DNA of 63,922 bases, filler included, from Octopus bimaculoides (Eukaryota), in assembly GCF_001194135.2 (NCBI RefSeq). It is 8 parts of 8 records of this genome, joined end to end, with 100 filler letters (N's around TTAATTAATTAA, not from the genome) between each part and the next. Parts side by side here need not be neighbours in the genome. Positions count along the whole stretch, not along the records: positions 10,163 to 29,570 come from NC_068986.1; 7 more parts are not named here. The stretch is one strand, 5' to 3'. Position 1 is the stretch's first letter; each line of letters starts with the position of its first letter. The position numbers were made by a program, and so were the translations under genes. This document shows, in pieces, positions 13,435-27,409 of this stretch. Under the pieces are notes generated by a model that ran no database searches, was not told the DNA's origin, and saw only the letters and a program-made list of their open reading frames with translations.

Positions 13435-13660
13435 GTTGGTTGTTTTCTAATCTCGGCAGAAAGCCAGCAGTTTTAATGCGAGGGGAAATTCTATTACATC
13501 AACCTTACTACGCAACCGGCTTTTATTTTATCGACTCTAAAAGGATGAAAGGCAAAGTCAACGTCTGCTCCCATCGAACTTAGAACGTGATATTGGAAGA
13601 ATTGTCGCTATGCATTTTGTTCGACGTGCTAACGATTTTCGCAGCTCACCGCCTTAGATT
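13435..13660 (-). mobile_element. Degenerate SINE family B
   Basis: aaaggatgaaaggcaaagtcaac…gcagctcaccgcc matches the reverse complement of family B. Confidence 0.7.
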
Positions 13661-15159
13661 GTTTCATATTTGGGAAAGGATTTGAACTCACAACCTGGTA
13701 ATCCAGTGTGATTACCACTAAGCAGTTGTTTTTCCCCGACACACCAACAATTCTGCCAGCCCGCAGCCTCTATTCGATAAATGTTATTATGCTAGATTTT
13801 GGCTGAGTGTATATATGGATAATCCCAAACAAATCACTTGGAATCACATACAAAAACGGTTTCTCATAGCATCGAGCGACCACGCCATTCGTCTTAGACG
13901 TAAGAATGTGTGTAATCTTATTTTTAATCCGAATATCCTTCAGGCACGTTCGAACTGGTGTACAGGCTACTCACTTCATTTTGTCACGGAATATATATCG
14001 CCTTTGTTGACAAATGGTGTGTATAGACCTAGCTCAGCTCGCAACGCCACCTATCCTGACCGTAAGATGCTAGCATTTCGAAGTAGTTACCTCCTCTTCG
14101 GTCACAGACACTATGCAGACGACACTACGACAAAACGTAGTGAGTTGCTTGTTCCGCAGTTCGAACATCCATCAAATATATTGGGACTGATAATAGCATT
14201 ACAATTTTACTTATCACTGCTTAGTGTTCCCCGTCTGTAAGAATGACTGTATTTAACTACTAAAATAAATTATGAAAATATATAGACATAGTTCCACCGT
14301 CATTTTATATTGGTTTCAACTTTTGACACAAGGCCAGCAATTTCGGTTACATCGGGCCCCAGTATTCAATTGATATTTATTTTATTGATCCTGAAATGAT
14401 TAAATGCATATCAACCTCGGCGGTATTTGAACACACAGCATAAAAACAGCCGAACCGTTATATATATTGACAGCAATATTAACGGTTTCTTATATCGCCA
14501 TGAAACCAACTTTGAAGAAGGGGAACACAGTACAAATATTACAGATTTTATCTGCTATCTTTAATCTTTCAAGTGATTCGTTTATTGGACTGCGGCCATA
14601 CTGAGGCACCGCCTTGAAGGGATTTTAGTGGAACAAATAAACCGCAGTACTGATTGTTATGTTTGGCACTTATCCTATAGAACACATAAGCCGGACCGCT
14701 ATGTAAGTTATAAATGAAAATACCAATACAAAATTCGAGACGACGTGGCTGCAAAGAGTGAGGTTAACCACACAGCTATACCTGCGCTTCACTAGCAAAT
14801 TATTTTAGCAAATCCAGAGGCAGGGGTTGAATGCCACAGAGGACTTTGGCGGGATTTGACCATATAAAGTAAAGAAGCGGAACAAATATCATAAATTTTC
14901 TGGGGTTTTTTTGTTGTTGCTGTTTTTGATGCTCTGACAACCGAGCTATGCACTTTAGAGGAAATCAACATACGTCTGTATCAAACCGGTTCATTCCTAG
15001 TAATTACACGTATAACATCGATCAGCGGAATTTTGTTTTGCATATTAGACTCCAGGGGTTTCGACGACATCACATAAAACGGAAAATTAAACACGGGATA
15101 GTCATCCGTGCAACAGGTTACTGTCATCCATCAAGTTAATAACAAGATTAGAAACATTC

Positions 15160-15505
15160 GTAGAAGAAGAAGAAGAAGAAGAAGAAGAAGAAGAAGAAGA
15201 AGAAGAAGAAGAAGAAGAAGAATGAAGAAGAAGAAGAAGAATAAGAAGAAGAAAAAGAATGAAGAAGAAGAAGACGAAGAAGAAGAAGAAGAAGAAGAAG
15301 AAGAATATGAAGAAGAAGAAGAAGAAGTAGAAGAAGAAGAAGAAGAAGAAGAAGAAGAAGAAGAAGAAGAAGACGAAGAAGAAGAAGAAGAAGAAGATAA
15401 AGCAGTAGTAGTAGAAGAAGACAAAGCAGTAGAAGAAGAAGAAGAAGAAGAAGAAGAAGAAGAAGAAGAAGAAGAAGAAGAAGAAGAAGAAGAAGAAGAA
15501 GAAGA
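15160..15505. repeat. (GAA)n microsatellite
   Basis: Seen directly. Confidence 0.97.
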
Positions 15506-15814
15506 ATCACAACAACAACAATAACAATAAAAACAAAAATAAAGCACTTCATTACTTGAATTGAAATGTGTTTAAGGGCCGCTACTGTTCCAAATTTCAA
15601 TTCATCCTTCACAGTGATTTGAGCAGAGAGAGAAAGAGGGCGAGAGAGGGAGATTAAATCACGCAAAGCTTTCCCTCGACGCCATAATGAATACAACAGT
15701 TCTCCGTCCAATTAGGATTGGAGTGGGAGAAAATTAGTAACCGGTGTAAAATGAGTAATTTCGTGTTTCTCATTTATTTCTCCCTAGCTGTTTCGAAATC
15801 CTCATATTATTTTC

Positions 15815-16020
15815 TATTCTAGGCAGAAGCCCCGAAATTTTTGGGAACGGGGTCAGTCGATTAGATCGACCCAAGTACACAACTGGTACTTAATTTATCG
15901 ACCCCGAAAGGATGAAGAGCAAAGTCGACCTCGGCAGAATTTGAACTCAGAACGTAAAGACAGGCGAAATGCCGCTAAGCATTCCGCCCGGCTAGCTAAC
16001 GTTTCTGCCAGCTCACAGCC
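15815..16020 (-). mobile_element. SINE family B
   Basis: ggtacttaatttatcgaccccgaaaggatgaagagcaaagtcgacctcggcagaatttgaactcagaacg…gccagctc. Confidence 0.88.
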
Positions 16021-16241
16021 TTCAAAAACCTCATATTAGCAGTATTGAATCACCTTTTTGTACTGCTGCATCATCTTTAAAAGTAAAAATTGGTGAGCAT
16101 AGTTGTTGTTGTAGATGTTATAGTTGAGAGTGTTTGAATCGTAGGTAAGTGGTACTTCTTTTTTCCTAGAAAAATTTACTCAACTGCGTTCCTATTTTAA
16201 TTGAGGTAGCTAATAATAATATATATCGATCAATTTTGGTG

Positions 16242-16565
16242 TAAAGCAATCAATATTCTGTTGTGTTGCATACGATTCTCCACAATAACGTCTGTAAGAT
16301 CGTGTGTTCGATACACGGCTGCACGATATATCCTCGAGCAAAACAGTTTATTTCACGGTGCTCCAATCCACTCTGCTACCAGAAACGTACCTGTACATCA
16401 AAGGGCCAGATTTGTCATATTCTGCATCATGCTGAATCTCCTTGAGAACCGCGAAACAAACTGTTTTGCTCGAGGATATATCGTGCAGCCGTGTATCGAA
16501 CACACGATCTTACAGACGTTATTGTGGAGAATCGTATGCAACACAACAGAATATTGATTGCTTTA
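16242..16565. mobile_element. Foldback/MITE-like element with perfect 108-bp inverted repeats, TA-flanked
   Basis: 16242-16349 is the exact reverse complement of 16458-16565, checked base by base. Confidence 0.8.
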
Positions 16566-16873
16566 TATATTAGAGGGATGTCCTTAATGTTTTTCTTATT
16601 TTCTTTTTATTCCTGGTATATAAATATCCCTTTCTAACAGGTGTGTATATGTATAGCCTTATAATTGATATATATATATATATATANNNNNNNNNNNNNN
16701 NNNNNNNNNNNNNNNNNNNNNNNNNNNNNNNNNNNNNNNNNNNNNNNNNNNNNNNNNNNNNNNNNNNNNNNNNNNNNNNNNNNNNNNNNNNNNNNNNNNN
16801 NNNNNNNNNNNNNNNNNNNNNNNNNNNNNNNNNNNNNNNNNNNNNNNTGTATGTATGTATGTATGTATGTATG

Positions 16874-17037
16874 TACTGAGGGGAAAACAAGAAAAAAATG
16901 GAGTATAAATGGATGTAATTACTGATTTATTTGCATGTTGTAAAAAGATGCTATTTTTTTAAAAAGAACATTACAAATAAAAGAAATTGGAAGTTGAAAG
17001 CTCATAAAAGTTAAGAAAATTGAGCTTTCAACTTACA

Positions 17038-17091
<54 letters not shown>

Positions 17092-17190
17092 TGTAATGTT
17101 TTTAAAACGTCATCCTTCGACAACATGCAAATACATCAGTAATTACATCCATTTATTCTCCATTTACTCCTCCTTGTTTTTCCCTCAATA
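16874..17190. mobile_element. Second foldback/MITE, imperfect inverted repeats, TA-flanked
   Basis: The left end tactgaggggaaaacaag pairs with the right end cttgtttttccctcaata. Further pairs are taaatggatgtaattactgat/atcagtaattacatccattta and an inner pair gaagttgaaagctca/tgagctttcaactt. Confidence 0.75.
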
Positions 17191-17334
17191 TTAAAAATTT
17201 CAATACTCCTAAACACATACGAATGACTACCATTATATAATATGGATTAAACCAGGGGAATTCCTTGGATTATATAAACCCTAATGCGAACTTAACTTCC
17301 TCGAATTAACTATATATATATATATATATGTATG

Positions 17335-17389
<55 letters not shown>

Positions 17390-17394
<5 letters not shown>

Positions 17395-18665
17395 CATGTC
17401 AGGACGTTCTTGATTGCTACTGGTAACATGTAATCCAGTACAACCTGTTTACAGTGGTCGGGTCATCGGCGACTAAACTGGCAACCCCACAAGGCTTGCT
17501 TGGAGTAGAGGGTGTTTTCAGACATCCTGCAAGATGAAAAATAAGATCCGTCAAAGGGCGGAGGAACTCATGAGCAGTCAACAGCCCTCCACCAAAACAT
17601 CAGTAAATACGTATACACCATTTTTTTCTTACATTTTTACTTTTATGTATATATTATTTCTATTTAAATCTATCTTAAAATATATTTTTAAATTGCATAT
17701 CTTTTACTTATTTACATTTATACATCTTATATTTAACTCTTATTTATATTTACAAATCACCTGTCGTACTTTTTTATAATGTATGGATGAGCTACTCCAC
17801 GTCGGCCACCGGAGTAGAATGTCGGGGTAGTGGCTGGAATGGGACACCTTACCTCATGGGCAGGTAGAGGCTCTTTAACCTTGGTTGTTAATCTACCTAG
17901 GAGAAGGAAGTGTCCGAAATAAAACCTGAGGCCTTGGAAGTTCCTGATCTTGTTAATTTTCACGTCACACAGGCGAAAGTCTTATTAGGCGTATAGGTGG
18001 GAATAGTGTCGTGCAAGCTACATCCACTGAAAATAATTCAATTGCAGAAGTACTTCCTGCACACCAAATCTTAGTAAAATCATTGAATTGGTTGGTTGAC
18101 AGAACCCTAAAAATGCACTTGTAACTTACTCTAAAATGCCTCAAACATTCAGAAAATGGAAAAAAAAAAGGCTTGGAAACGTCAGGGGAACAGGTCTGAC
18201 TCGGCAGGTGTCCCAGTGTATCACAGGCTGGGCCCGGTCCTCATCCTCCCTCTGTGGTCAAACAATCTTCAAGAAAAAGTTAAAAATAGACATCCTTTCA
18301 GTTTGGGCTGTTGGAAAGTACGTACACTTCTTGATGATAATTTCAACAAGTGGCCAAAAAGACGTACTGCACTTATTGCATATGAGCTTAAGAAATGTCC
18401 CCTTGATATAGTTGCACTCTCTGAAAGTCGTCTCTCTGATGATGGTCAAGTAAATGAAACTACCTATGGATATACTATCATCTGGAAAGGCCTACCTAAG
18501 GGTCAGCGTAGAGAATCTGGTGTTGGGTTTGTTCCCAAGAATTCATTACTATCTTCCATTGCAGATATTCCAAGTGGTATATCTGAGCGAATCATGTTAT
18601 GCCGTATTAAACTGACAAAAGGAAGGTTTCTGAACTGTATCAGTATTCGCCCGGCAAATTATTTT
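17390..18665 (+). mobile_element. RTE-clade LINE, 5' portion: 5'UTR and AP endonuclease fragment
   Basis: ORF 18156-18674 reads LGCWKVRTLLD…RRTALIAYEL…DIVALSESRL…GYTIIWKG…ESGVGF…GISERIM, the RTE/BovB APE pattern. The upstream ggcgactaaactggcaacccc is taken as 5'UTR-like. Confidence 0.88.
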
Positions 18666-21576
18666 ATTTGCTAAAATTAGTCAGAAATAAGTCCAAGAGC
18701 TAGATGGTAAATGTTTTTATTTTTCATTCCCTTCGAAGTTTTATCCCTAATAGTGGTTTAGAACTTAGCTGTTCTTTCTAGCGTGTAAGGAATCCTATGT
18801 TGGATACCTCTTATGTGTTTAAATGTACACTGTATTTATATGAAAAACATATGGTCTACGGACTAAATCTTTACACGCTAGACCACTAGTAGTAGAAATT
18901 TCTAATATTTCTGATTACCCTTGATATTATTAATTATTGTTGCATTTTTCTGGATAGATTTTTAATTGAAACGCAGGCATTTTATTTTTTATTTAAGGAG
19001 CTGCGCTTGCGCGATAGATTTGAAAAATTAGAAAGTATAAGTGTGTGTGTGGGGGGGGGGGGGGTGTATGTATGTATGTATGTATAGATTGATACTTAGA
19101 TAGACGATAGAGTCATATACTTAAATGTATCTACCGACGACCACTGCAGGCAAGTGAGTTGTATGCGAAGCATCTGAGCAAGGATTCGGCAGAGATAATG
19201 TAGGTGAGGTGCTGTTTTGAGCACACATACGGATCAGCTCCTCGAAAAATCTGCTGCCTCAAGAACACAGCGCACCACTTGGCCTAAGAATTGAAATCAC
19301 GATCGCTACATTGCTGTGGAACACCCTAAACATAAAGTCATGAGCCCCCATATACAAAAACGCTCACATACGTGTGTGCGTGTGTGTGTGTGTGTGTGAT
19401 TGTCTGTGTGCGTGTGCACAATAATAGAATAGACTGGCGAATAAATCATGGACTGACAAATAAGCCACGTTCAAGAGGTCAGAAATAATGCCCTTTTGAC
19501 CCATTATATGCAAACGATGCCTCCAAATGAACCTGTAGGCATGTGATAAACCTAAGACCTAATTTATAGGTATTTTTGTAGGTGTATGTGTTATATATAT
19601 TGCATACAGAGACACACAATCGTACACGCATCTATACATACACATATACACACATGCTTATATATCTATATATCTATATGTGTCTGAATACAGTAAATGA
19701 TAAAAGATATACCAGGTGCGGCATATACATTTACCCATAATTTAAATATAATAATATACTTATTATTATTCAAACATAATTCTTAAAGTCTATGATGAAA
19801 GCAAATATGATCATTTTGAATTGTATATAAATTATAAAACACAGTCAATAAATACAACAATCAACCTGTAAACTTATATTAACTAATATCTTAAAACATT
19901 TTCTTTTGTGAAATAATGAATAATGGATATATATGCATATATGCTGCACCTGATATATATATATATATATANNNNNNNNNNNNNNNNNNNNNNNNNNNNN
20001 NNNNNNNNNNNNNNNNNNNNNNNNNNNNNNNNNNNNNNNNNNNNNNNNNNNNNNNNNNNNNNNNNNNNNNNNNNNNNNNNNNNNNNNNNNNNNNNNNNNN
20101 NNNNNNNNNNNNNNNNNNNNNNNNNNNNNNNNNNNNNNNNNNNNNNNNNNNNNNNNNNNNNNNNNNNNNNNNNNNNNNNNNNNNNNNNNNNNNNNNNNNN
20201 NNNTATATATATATATATATATATACATACATACATGCATACATGTATGTATGTATGTATGTATGTATGTATAGTACAGCTACGGCTTGTCAGCTGATAG
20301 ACGTCTTATTATTTGTTGGTTAGACAATCTCTGTTCAATGACATGCGATATTGATTTCAGAGATGGCACTTAGAACCGGCTGATGATTCCCGGTGTCTAA
20401 AGCGAACATAAAAGACAAATCTCTATAGTTCTACAAGATTGATTGAATTTGAGTCTGGAATGACATTCTCCTGCAATAACAAAATGAATTAGTTAAAATG
20501 ACGAAACATCAGTACCTCTTTGGGTTACAGTGACATGACTCTGCACTTCACGTATCTCATTGTCTTCATGGTTAAAAATTTCATAGGTAAATATCCAGCA
20601 GAAAAGTAGAGAACTGATAACCACTTCAAACGAGGGTTTTTTTTTTATACGACAGAGGAATTTTCTTTTCCTTCTTTGCTTTTTTTTTTCTATTCTGGAG
20701 ATTTCTGATAGAAAGACTATGCCAGTCAACTGTGGTTCGTTCCTACAGAATTCTGGATGCGGAGTTACAAGCCTGTTATTTTGTACGTTCTTTGCAGTGG
20801 TATACGTATTACGTGTGTGTATTATATAATATACACACAAACATAGATATACTAATATATGCACAAACGCACACACAGGTTCACATACACACACTCATAC
20901 ACACACCCATATAAACAAACACATACACACATATATATATATATATATGTGGCTATATGATGAGAAGTAAGTTTACTTCCCAAGCACATGGTTCCTGTTT
21001 CATTATGTGGCACCTCGGCTAAGTGCTTTCTGCTGTAGCTTTGAATCGATCAAAGTATTGTGAGTGGATTTCGTAGACAGAAATTAAAAACCCCTTAAAA
21101 TCCCTGAAAGGCGGCGAGCTGGCAGAAACGTTAGCACGCAACATCACAGCATAAATTCAATTGCGTAGTTAATTATCTTTGATTCTCTTTCTTAATATGC
21201 AATAAGTTACATGTGCGTCTTCTCCAATCTTATACCATAGGCTCCTAAAAACTTTATAGTTTACCACAAGATTTATTCTTTTCTCTCAATACCTGGCGAT
21301 AAACTTATATACTGCCTTAGGTAATTTCTTAATGATAGTCCGGTACAATAGCTAATATAAGAGTTATTCATTCATCAAAATACTGTAAAAATTCTTCTGG
21401 AATTCAAATTAAATATGTTTCATATCATTTTGAACGATCCCTGTTGAAACTTTTATAGAATATATAACTTGCTTATTTTCTGACTTTCTTTCTTTTTACG
21501 ATTTGCTATAATCAAGTTGAATCCCGCCTTTCTGAATATGCATGTAAATTTATGAGCATGTGTTTCACTTGCTCCT

Positions 21577-21622
<46 letters not shown>

Positions 21623-21658
21623 CCCTTGTCTTTATTTCTCCCTCTCTCCCTTTCTCGG

Positions 21659-21711
<53 letters not shown>

Positions 21712-22620
21712 NNNNNNNNNNNNNNNNNNNNNNNNNNNNNNNNNNNNNNNNNNNNNNNNNNNNNNNNNNNNNNNNNNNNNNNNNNNNNNNNNNNNNNNNN
21801 NNNNNNNNNNNNNNNNNNNNNNNNNNNNNNNNNNNNNNNNNNNNNNNNNNNNNNNNNNNNNNNNNNNNNNNNNNNNNNNNNNNNNNNNNNNNNNNNNNNN
21901 NNNNNNNNNNNNNNNNNNNNNNNNNNNNNNNNNNNNNNNNNNNNNNNNNNNNNNNNNNNNNNNNNNNNNNNNNNNNNNNNNNNNNNNNNNNNNNNNNNNN
22001 NNNNNNNNNNNNNNNNNNNNNNNNNNNNNNNNNNNNNNNNNNNNNNNNNNNNNNNNNNNNNNNNNNNNNNNNNNNNNNNNNNNNNNNNNNNNNNNNNNNN
22101 NNNNNNNNNNNNNNNNNNNNNNNNNNNNNNNNNNNNNNNNNNNNNNNNNNNNNNNNNNNNNNNNNNNNNNNNNNNNNNNNNNNNNNNNNNNNNNNNNNNN
22201 NNNNNNNNNNNNNNNNNNNNNNNNNNNNNNNNNNNNNNNNNNNNNNNNNNNNNNNNNNNNNNNNNNNNNNNNNNNNNNNNNNNNNNNNNNNNNNNNNNNN
22301 NNNNNNNNNNNNNNNNNNNNNNNNNNNNNNNNNNNNNNNNNNNNNNNNNNNNNNNNNNNNNNNNNNNNNNNNNNNNNNNNNNNNNNNNNNNNNNNNNNNN
22401 NNNNNNNNNNNNNNNNNNNNNNNNNNNNNNNNNNNNNNNNNNNNNNNNNNNNNNNNNNNNNNNNNNNNNNNNNNNNNNNNNNNNNNNNNNNNNNNNNNNN
22501 NNNNNNNNNNNNNNNNNNNNNNNNNNNNNNNNNNNNNNNNNNNNNNNNNNNNNNNNNNNNNNNNNNNNNNNNNNNNNNNNNNNNNNNNNNNNNNNNNNNN
22601 NNNNNNNNNNNNNNNNNNNN

Positions 22621-22695
<75 letters not shown>

Positions 22696-23342
22696 GTATA
22701 TAAATATATATGCATTTGTGCCTGAATATATGTGTGAATGTATGCATTTCACGCATGTATATATATATGAATAGGGAATGAATTGGCGCTGTTTGTTCTT
22801 GCGCTCTTCACTCTGATTTGATGTGAATTATCATTTCGAGCTAAACAGAAATTACAAATTCAGTGCAGTGTATTGGCAGAAATGTTATAGAATCGCATCA
22901 CTTGCCTTGCGGTACACGTTTAATGCATTCTGATGGCAACTTATGCAACACTACATTACCAGCGGGTATCGGCCCAATTCAGTGGATTTTACCTGGATAA
23001 ACGACGGTGGTATTGAAATGCAATATTTACTAGACGGGGCAAAATAGCTGCAGACCCTAAAACAAATGTTGCCCATGGTTGAAACTAAGATGTTCAGATG
23101 CATGAACAAGATCGAGTGAAGTGGGCCCAACGTATGTATATATATGTACAATTGCGTATGATTTTTGAATTCTGGGAAATCGTTTATTTATTTATTTACG
23201 CTACCTAGCCCCATTTGTGTTGTTTCTTACCTCTTATATGCGTGTGTCAAAGCGGATGTATATATATACATGGACGACAGTTCATTTAAATAAGTGGATA
23301 CAAAGATATATGCAGTATTTTTTTAATTATACATACCAGTGT

Positions 23343-23763
23343 AGGGCAGCGACCTGGCAGAATCGTTAGCACTCCGGGCGAAATGCTTAGCGGTATTTCG
23401 TCTGCCGCTACGTTCTGAGTTCAAATTCCGCCGAGGTCGACTTTGCCTTTCATCCTTTCGGGGTCGATAAATTAAGTACCAGTTACGCACTGGGGTCGAT
23501 GTAATCGACTTAATCCGTTCGTCTGTTCTTGTTTATTCCCTCTATGTTTAGCCCCTTGTGGGCAATAACGAAATAGGTATTTCGTCTGCCGTTACGTTCT
23601 GAGTTTAAATTCCCTCGAGGTCAACTCTGCCTTTCATCCTTTCGGGGTCGATTAAATAAATAGCAGTTGCGCACTAGGATGAATCGATGTAATCGACTTA
23701 ATCCCTTTGTCCGTCCTTGTTTGTCCCTTCTATGTTTAGCCACTTATGTGCAATAAAGAAATA
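23343..23763 (+). mobile_element. SINE family B with internal tandem duplication of its 3' part
   Basis: Head gggcagcgacctggcagaatcgttagc; the block ggtatttcgtctgccg…gcaataa occurs twice. Confidence 0.9.
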
Positions 23764-24185
23764 ATTATATATATACCAGTGTATCACATGCAAATTAACC
23801 CTAATAGGTTGCTGTCCCAGAACAATAGTGGCTAAGACGTGAATTCATATCCCTCAAAAGCACTGGTATTCCTAAACCAGGGCCTCACTGACGGATGCGG
23901 TTCACAATCATAAATACATACATAGAAATGCAAAAATCGAAGGATGGATACACAGATCGATAAGTAAGGCAATAGCTCCTTTGTCTACCTTTAATAAATG
24001 AATATATAACAGTGTATTTAATTGTAGTATTGAGTTCTTCGTTTCTAGTGTGTGGTTATTTTCTGTTCTAACATACAAAGAAGTTCTAATACAAACATAC
24101 AGATATGTGTGTGTTTATGTGTTTGTGTGTGTGCGCGTGTGAATGGGTGTTCGTGCGTGTGTGTGTGTAAATATATATATATATG

Positions 24186-24219
<34 letters not shown>

Positions 24220-24478
24220 NNNNNNNNNNNNNNNNNNNNNNNNNNNNNNNNNNNNNNNNNNNNNNNNNNNNNNNNNNNNNNNNNNNNNNNNNNNNNNNNN
24301 NNNNNNNNNNNNNNNNNNNNNNNNNNNNNNNNNNNNNNNNNNNNNNNNNNNNNNNNNNNNNNNNNNNNNNNNNNNNNNNNNNNNNNNNNNNNNNNNNNNN
24401 NNNNNNNNNNNNNNNNNNNNNNNNNNNNNNNNNNNNNNNNNNNNNNNNNNNNNNNNNNNNNNNNNNNNNNNNNNNNNN

Positions 24479-24511
<33 letters not shown>

Positions 24512-25338
24512 CATATAACACAGAAACATACATGTATGTGAATATATGTATACACACACACACAGACACACACACATATATATATATATGTATACGTATA
24601 TATAAATATATATAATGTTGGGCAGACCCTAAGCGGTCTTCATTTATTGAAAATGCGTTGGCTGTTTATGAGCTTGAACAAGAAAAATAAAATACGAATG
24701 GGTGGGATATTTTTCATGTATTTTTTTCCCTTTTATAAATTTAGAAATAACTCTTTGTAATTCCCGATGTTCTATTGGAAAGAAACCCGGAAACCGACCT
24801 TGTTTAACGGCAGGAGTTTCACCGCCCCCTTAATCTTATATATTCTCTGCGTATCTCCAACATCTCGCTTCCCCTACGCCCACCCCTGTTTACGAGGTCT
24901 GTGTGTTTATGTGACGGTGTGCGTGTGTGTACGTGAGCGTGCGTATGTGTGCTTGTGTGTGTGTGTACGTGAGCGTGCGTATGTGTGCTTGTTTGTGTGC
25001 ATCTGTGTGTGTGAGTGTGTATGTGCGTGTATGTGTGTGAGAGAGAGAGTGAGTGCATATCTCGTTTTCATTGTTCATTATGTACAGTATATGGTCCGAT
25101 AAACACACGCATATACATACATGCATAAATCATGCACATATATATGAACTTGTGGGTGTGTGTGAGCACATACGTGTGTGAATGTCTTTAGGGGTGTATC
25201 GTGCGTGTGTGCATTGGTGTATGTGTTTGTGTGTGTGTGTTTATGTATACACACATACGTAATAATATGAATGCTTTTATGTATAATATATATGTACATG
25301 TATATATGTGAGTGTATGTGTGCACATGTGTGTTTGTG

Positions 25339-25392
<54 letters not shown>

Positions 25393-25507
25393 NNNNNNNN
25401 NNNNNNNNNNNNNNNNNNNNNNNNNNNNNNNNNNNNNNNNNNNNNNNNNNNNNNNNNNNNNNNNNNNNNNNNNNNNNNNNNNNNNNNNNNNNNNNNNNNN
25501 NNNNNNN

Positions 25508-25551
<44 letters not shown>

Positions 25552-25925
25552 TGTGTGTGTAAGTGTGTGTATACCGAGAGAGAGAGGGGGGGAGAATAAT
25601 GGAGTATATTCGTAGACCATACATATATAGATTTGTATTAACATACGGATATATTTTAACATTGCCATGTACAAAAAATATACCGAATGAAACTTCTGTA
25701 TATGAAAAATACCAATACAAGCTAATATATATCATATTAAATTAACTAATACTTGATATATGTGTGTATATATATAAGCACGTATATGGTTGTCTTTGTG
25801 TGTGTATATGTATGTGTTCGTGTATGTATGTATATAACCAAGTTATTCATAGTCGTTTATTCACTCGTACACACACAAATACGAATGCACTCACATACAT
25901 ACACACATGCATACACACACATATA

Positions 25926-25996
<71 letters not shown>

Positions 25997-26083
25997 AGAA
26001 CTTATTATGGCTATATACACATGTGTATATACATATACGTATAACTGTACACCTGTATATCTATATCTAGCTACTAATATTTG

Positions 26084-26138
<55 letters not shown>

Positions 26139-26439
26139 CATTATTATTGTTATTATTGTTATTATCTTTATTACTAAACAATTCCTAAATGGCGGCCTAT
26201 ATTAAAACCCTTTACATATATAAGAGTGGTCGTATAAATATGTTTGTATGCATGTGTTTCAAAAGTTAGGCTTATTAACTTCTAGGTCTCTACTTTGTTT
26301 GTATATGTGTGAATATGTGTGTGTTTATGTGTGTGTGTGTATGTGTGTGTGTGTATGTGTGTGTGTGTTTGTGCGTGCCACCCTGAGTTTCGTTGTGTGA
26401 TTAATATCACTATAAATACTATCAGAGTTAATAATGTTA

Positions 26440-26560
26440 ATAATAACAGAATATTTTCCACTTCCAAAAAGGAACCCATAACCCAGCAGGTGTCGGGCGT
26501 CTCATACCGGATTAGTAGACAAACAGGAGAAACTTATATCTGATAGTCTTCAATATATTA
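26440..26560 (+). mobile_element. Possible decayed PLE GIY-YIG fragment
   Basis: FSTSKKEPITQQVSGVSYRISRQTGETYI resembles the GVVYxIxC…YIG motif but lacks the cysteines. Confidence 0.35.
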
Positions 26561-26654
26561 CGAGATAGGGGTTGGGTTAAAAACGTATTTTCCTTTTTAT
26601 ATGTGTAGAATATTTTTGTGCGTTCCTGTTTTAAATAGACGCGTATACCATTTC

Positions 26655-26716
<62 letters not shown>

Positions 26717-27304
26717 NNNNNNNNNNNNNNNNNNNNNNNNNNNNNNNNNNNNNNNNNNNNNNNNNNNNNNNNNNNNNNNNNNNNNNNNNNNNNNNNNNNN
26801 NNNNNNNNNNNNNNNNNNNNNNNNNNNNNNNNNNNNNNNNNNNNNNNNNNNNNNNNNNNNNNNNNNNNNNNNNNNNNNNNNNNNNNNNNNNNNNNNNNNN
26901 NNNNNNNNNNNNNNNNNNNNNNNNNNNNNNNNNNNNNNNNNNNNNNNNNNNNNNNNNNNNNNNNNNNNNNNNNNNNNNNNNNNNNNNNNNNNNNNNNNNN
27001 NNNNNNNNNNNNNNNNNNNNNNNNNNNNNNNNNNNNNNNNNNNNNNNNNNNNNNNNNNNNNNNNNNNNNNNNNNNNNNNNNNNNNNNNNNNNNNNNNNNN
27101 NNNNNNNNNNNNNNNNNNNNNNNNNNNNNNNNNNNNNNNNNNNNNNNNNNNNNNNNNNNNNNNNNNNNNNNNNNNNNNNNNNNNNNNNNNNNNNNNNNNN
27201 NNNNNNNNNNNNNNNNNNNNNNNNNNNNNNNNNNNNNNNNNNNNNNNNNNNNNNNNNNNNNNNNNNNNNNNNNNNNNNNNNNNNNNNNNNNNNNNNNNNN
27301 NNNN

Positions 27305-27409
<105 letters not shown>

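Noticed and set aside
13815-14240. 141-aa ORF
   Set aside because: No recognisable motif or splice signals; compatible with chance.
15108-15711. Poly-Glu/Arg/Ser/Leu ORFs
   Set aside because: They arise from a (GAA)n microsatellite.
21453-22756. Long ORFs of 350-420 aa (and similar ones at 4.4, 11.8, 24, 26.6, 28 and 44.8 kb)
   Set aside because: They consist of N runs and dinucleotide repeats.
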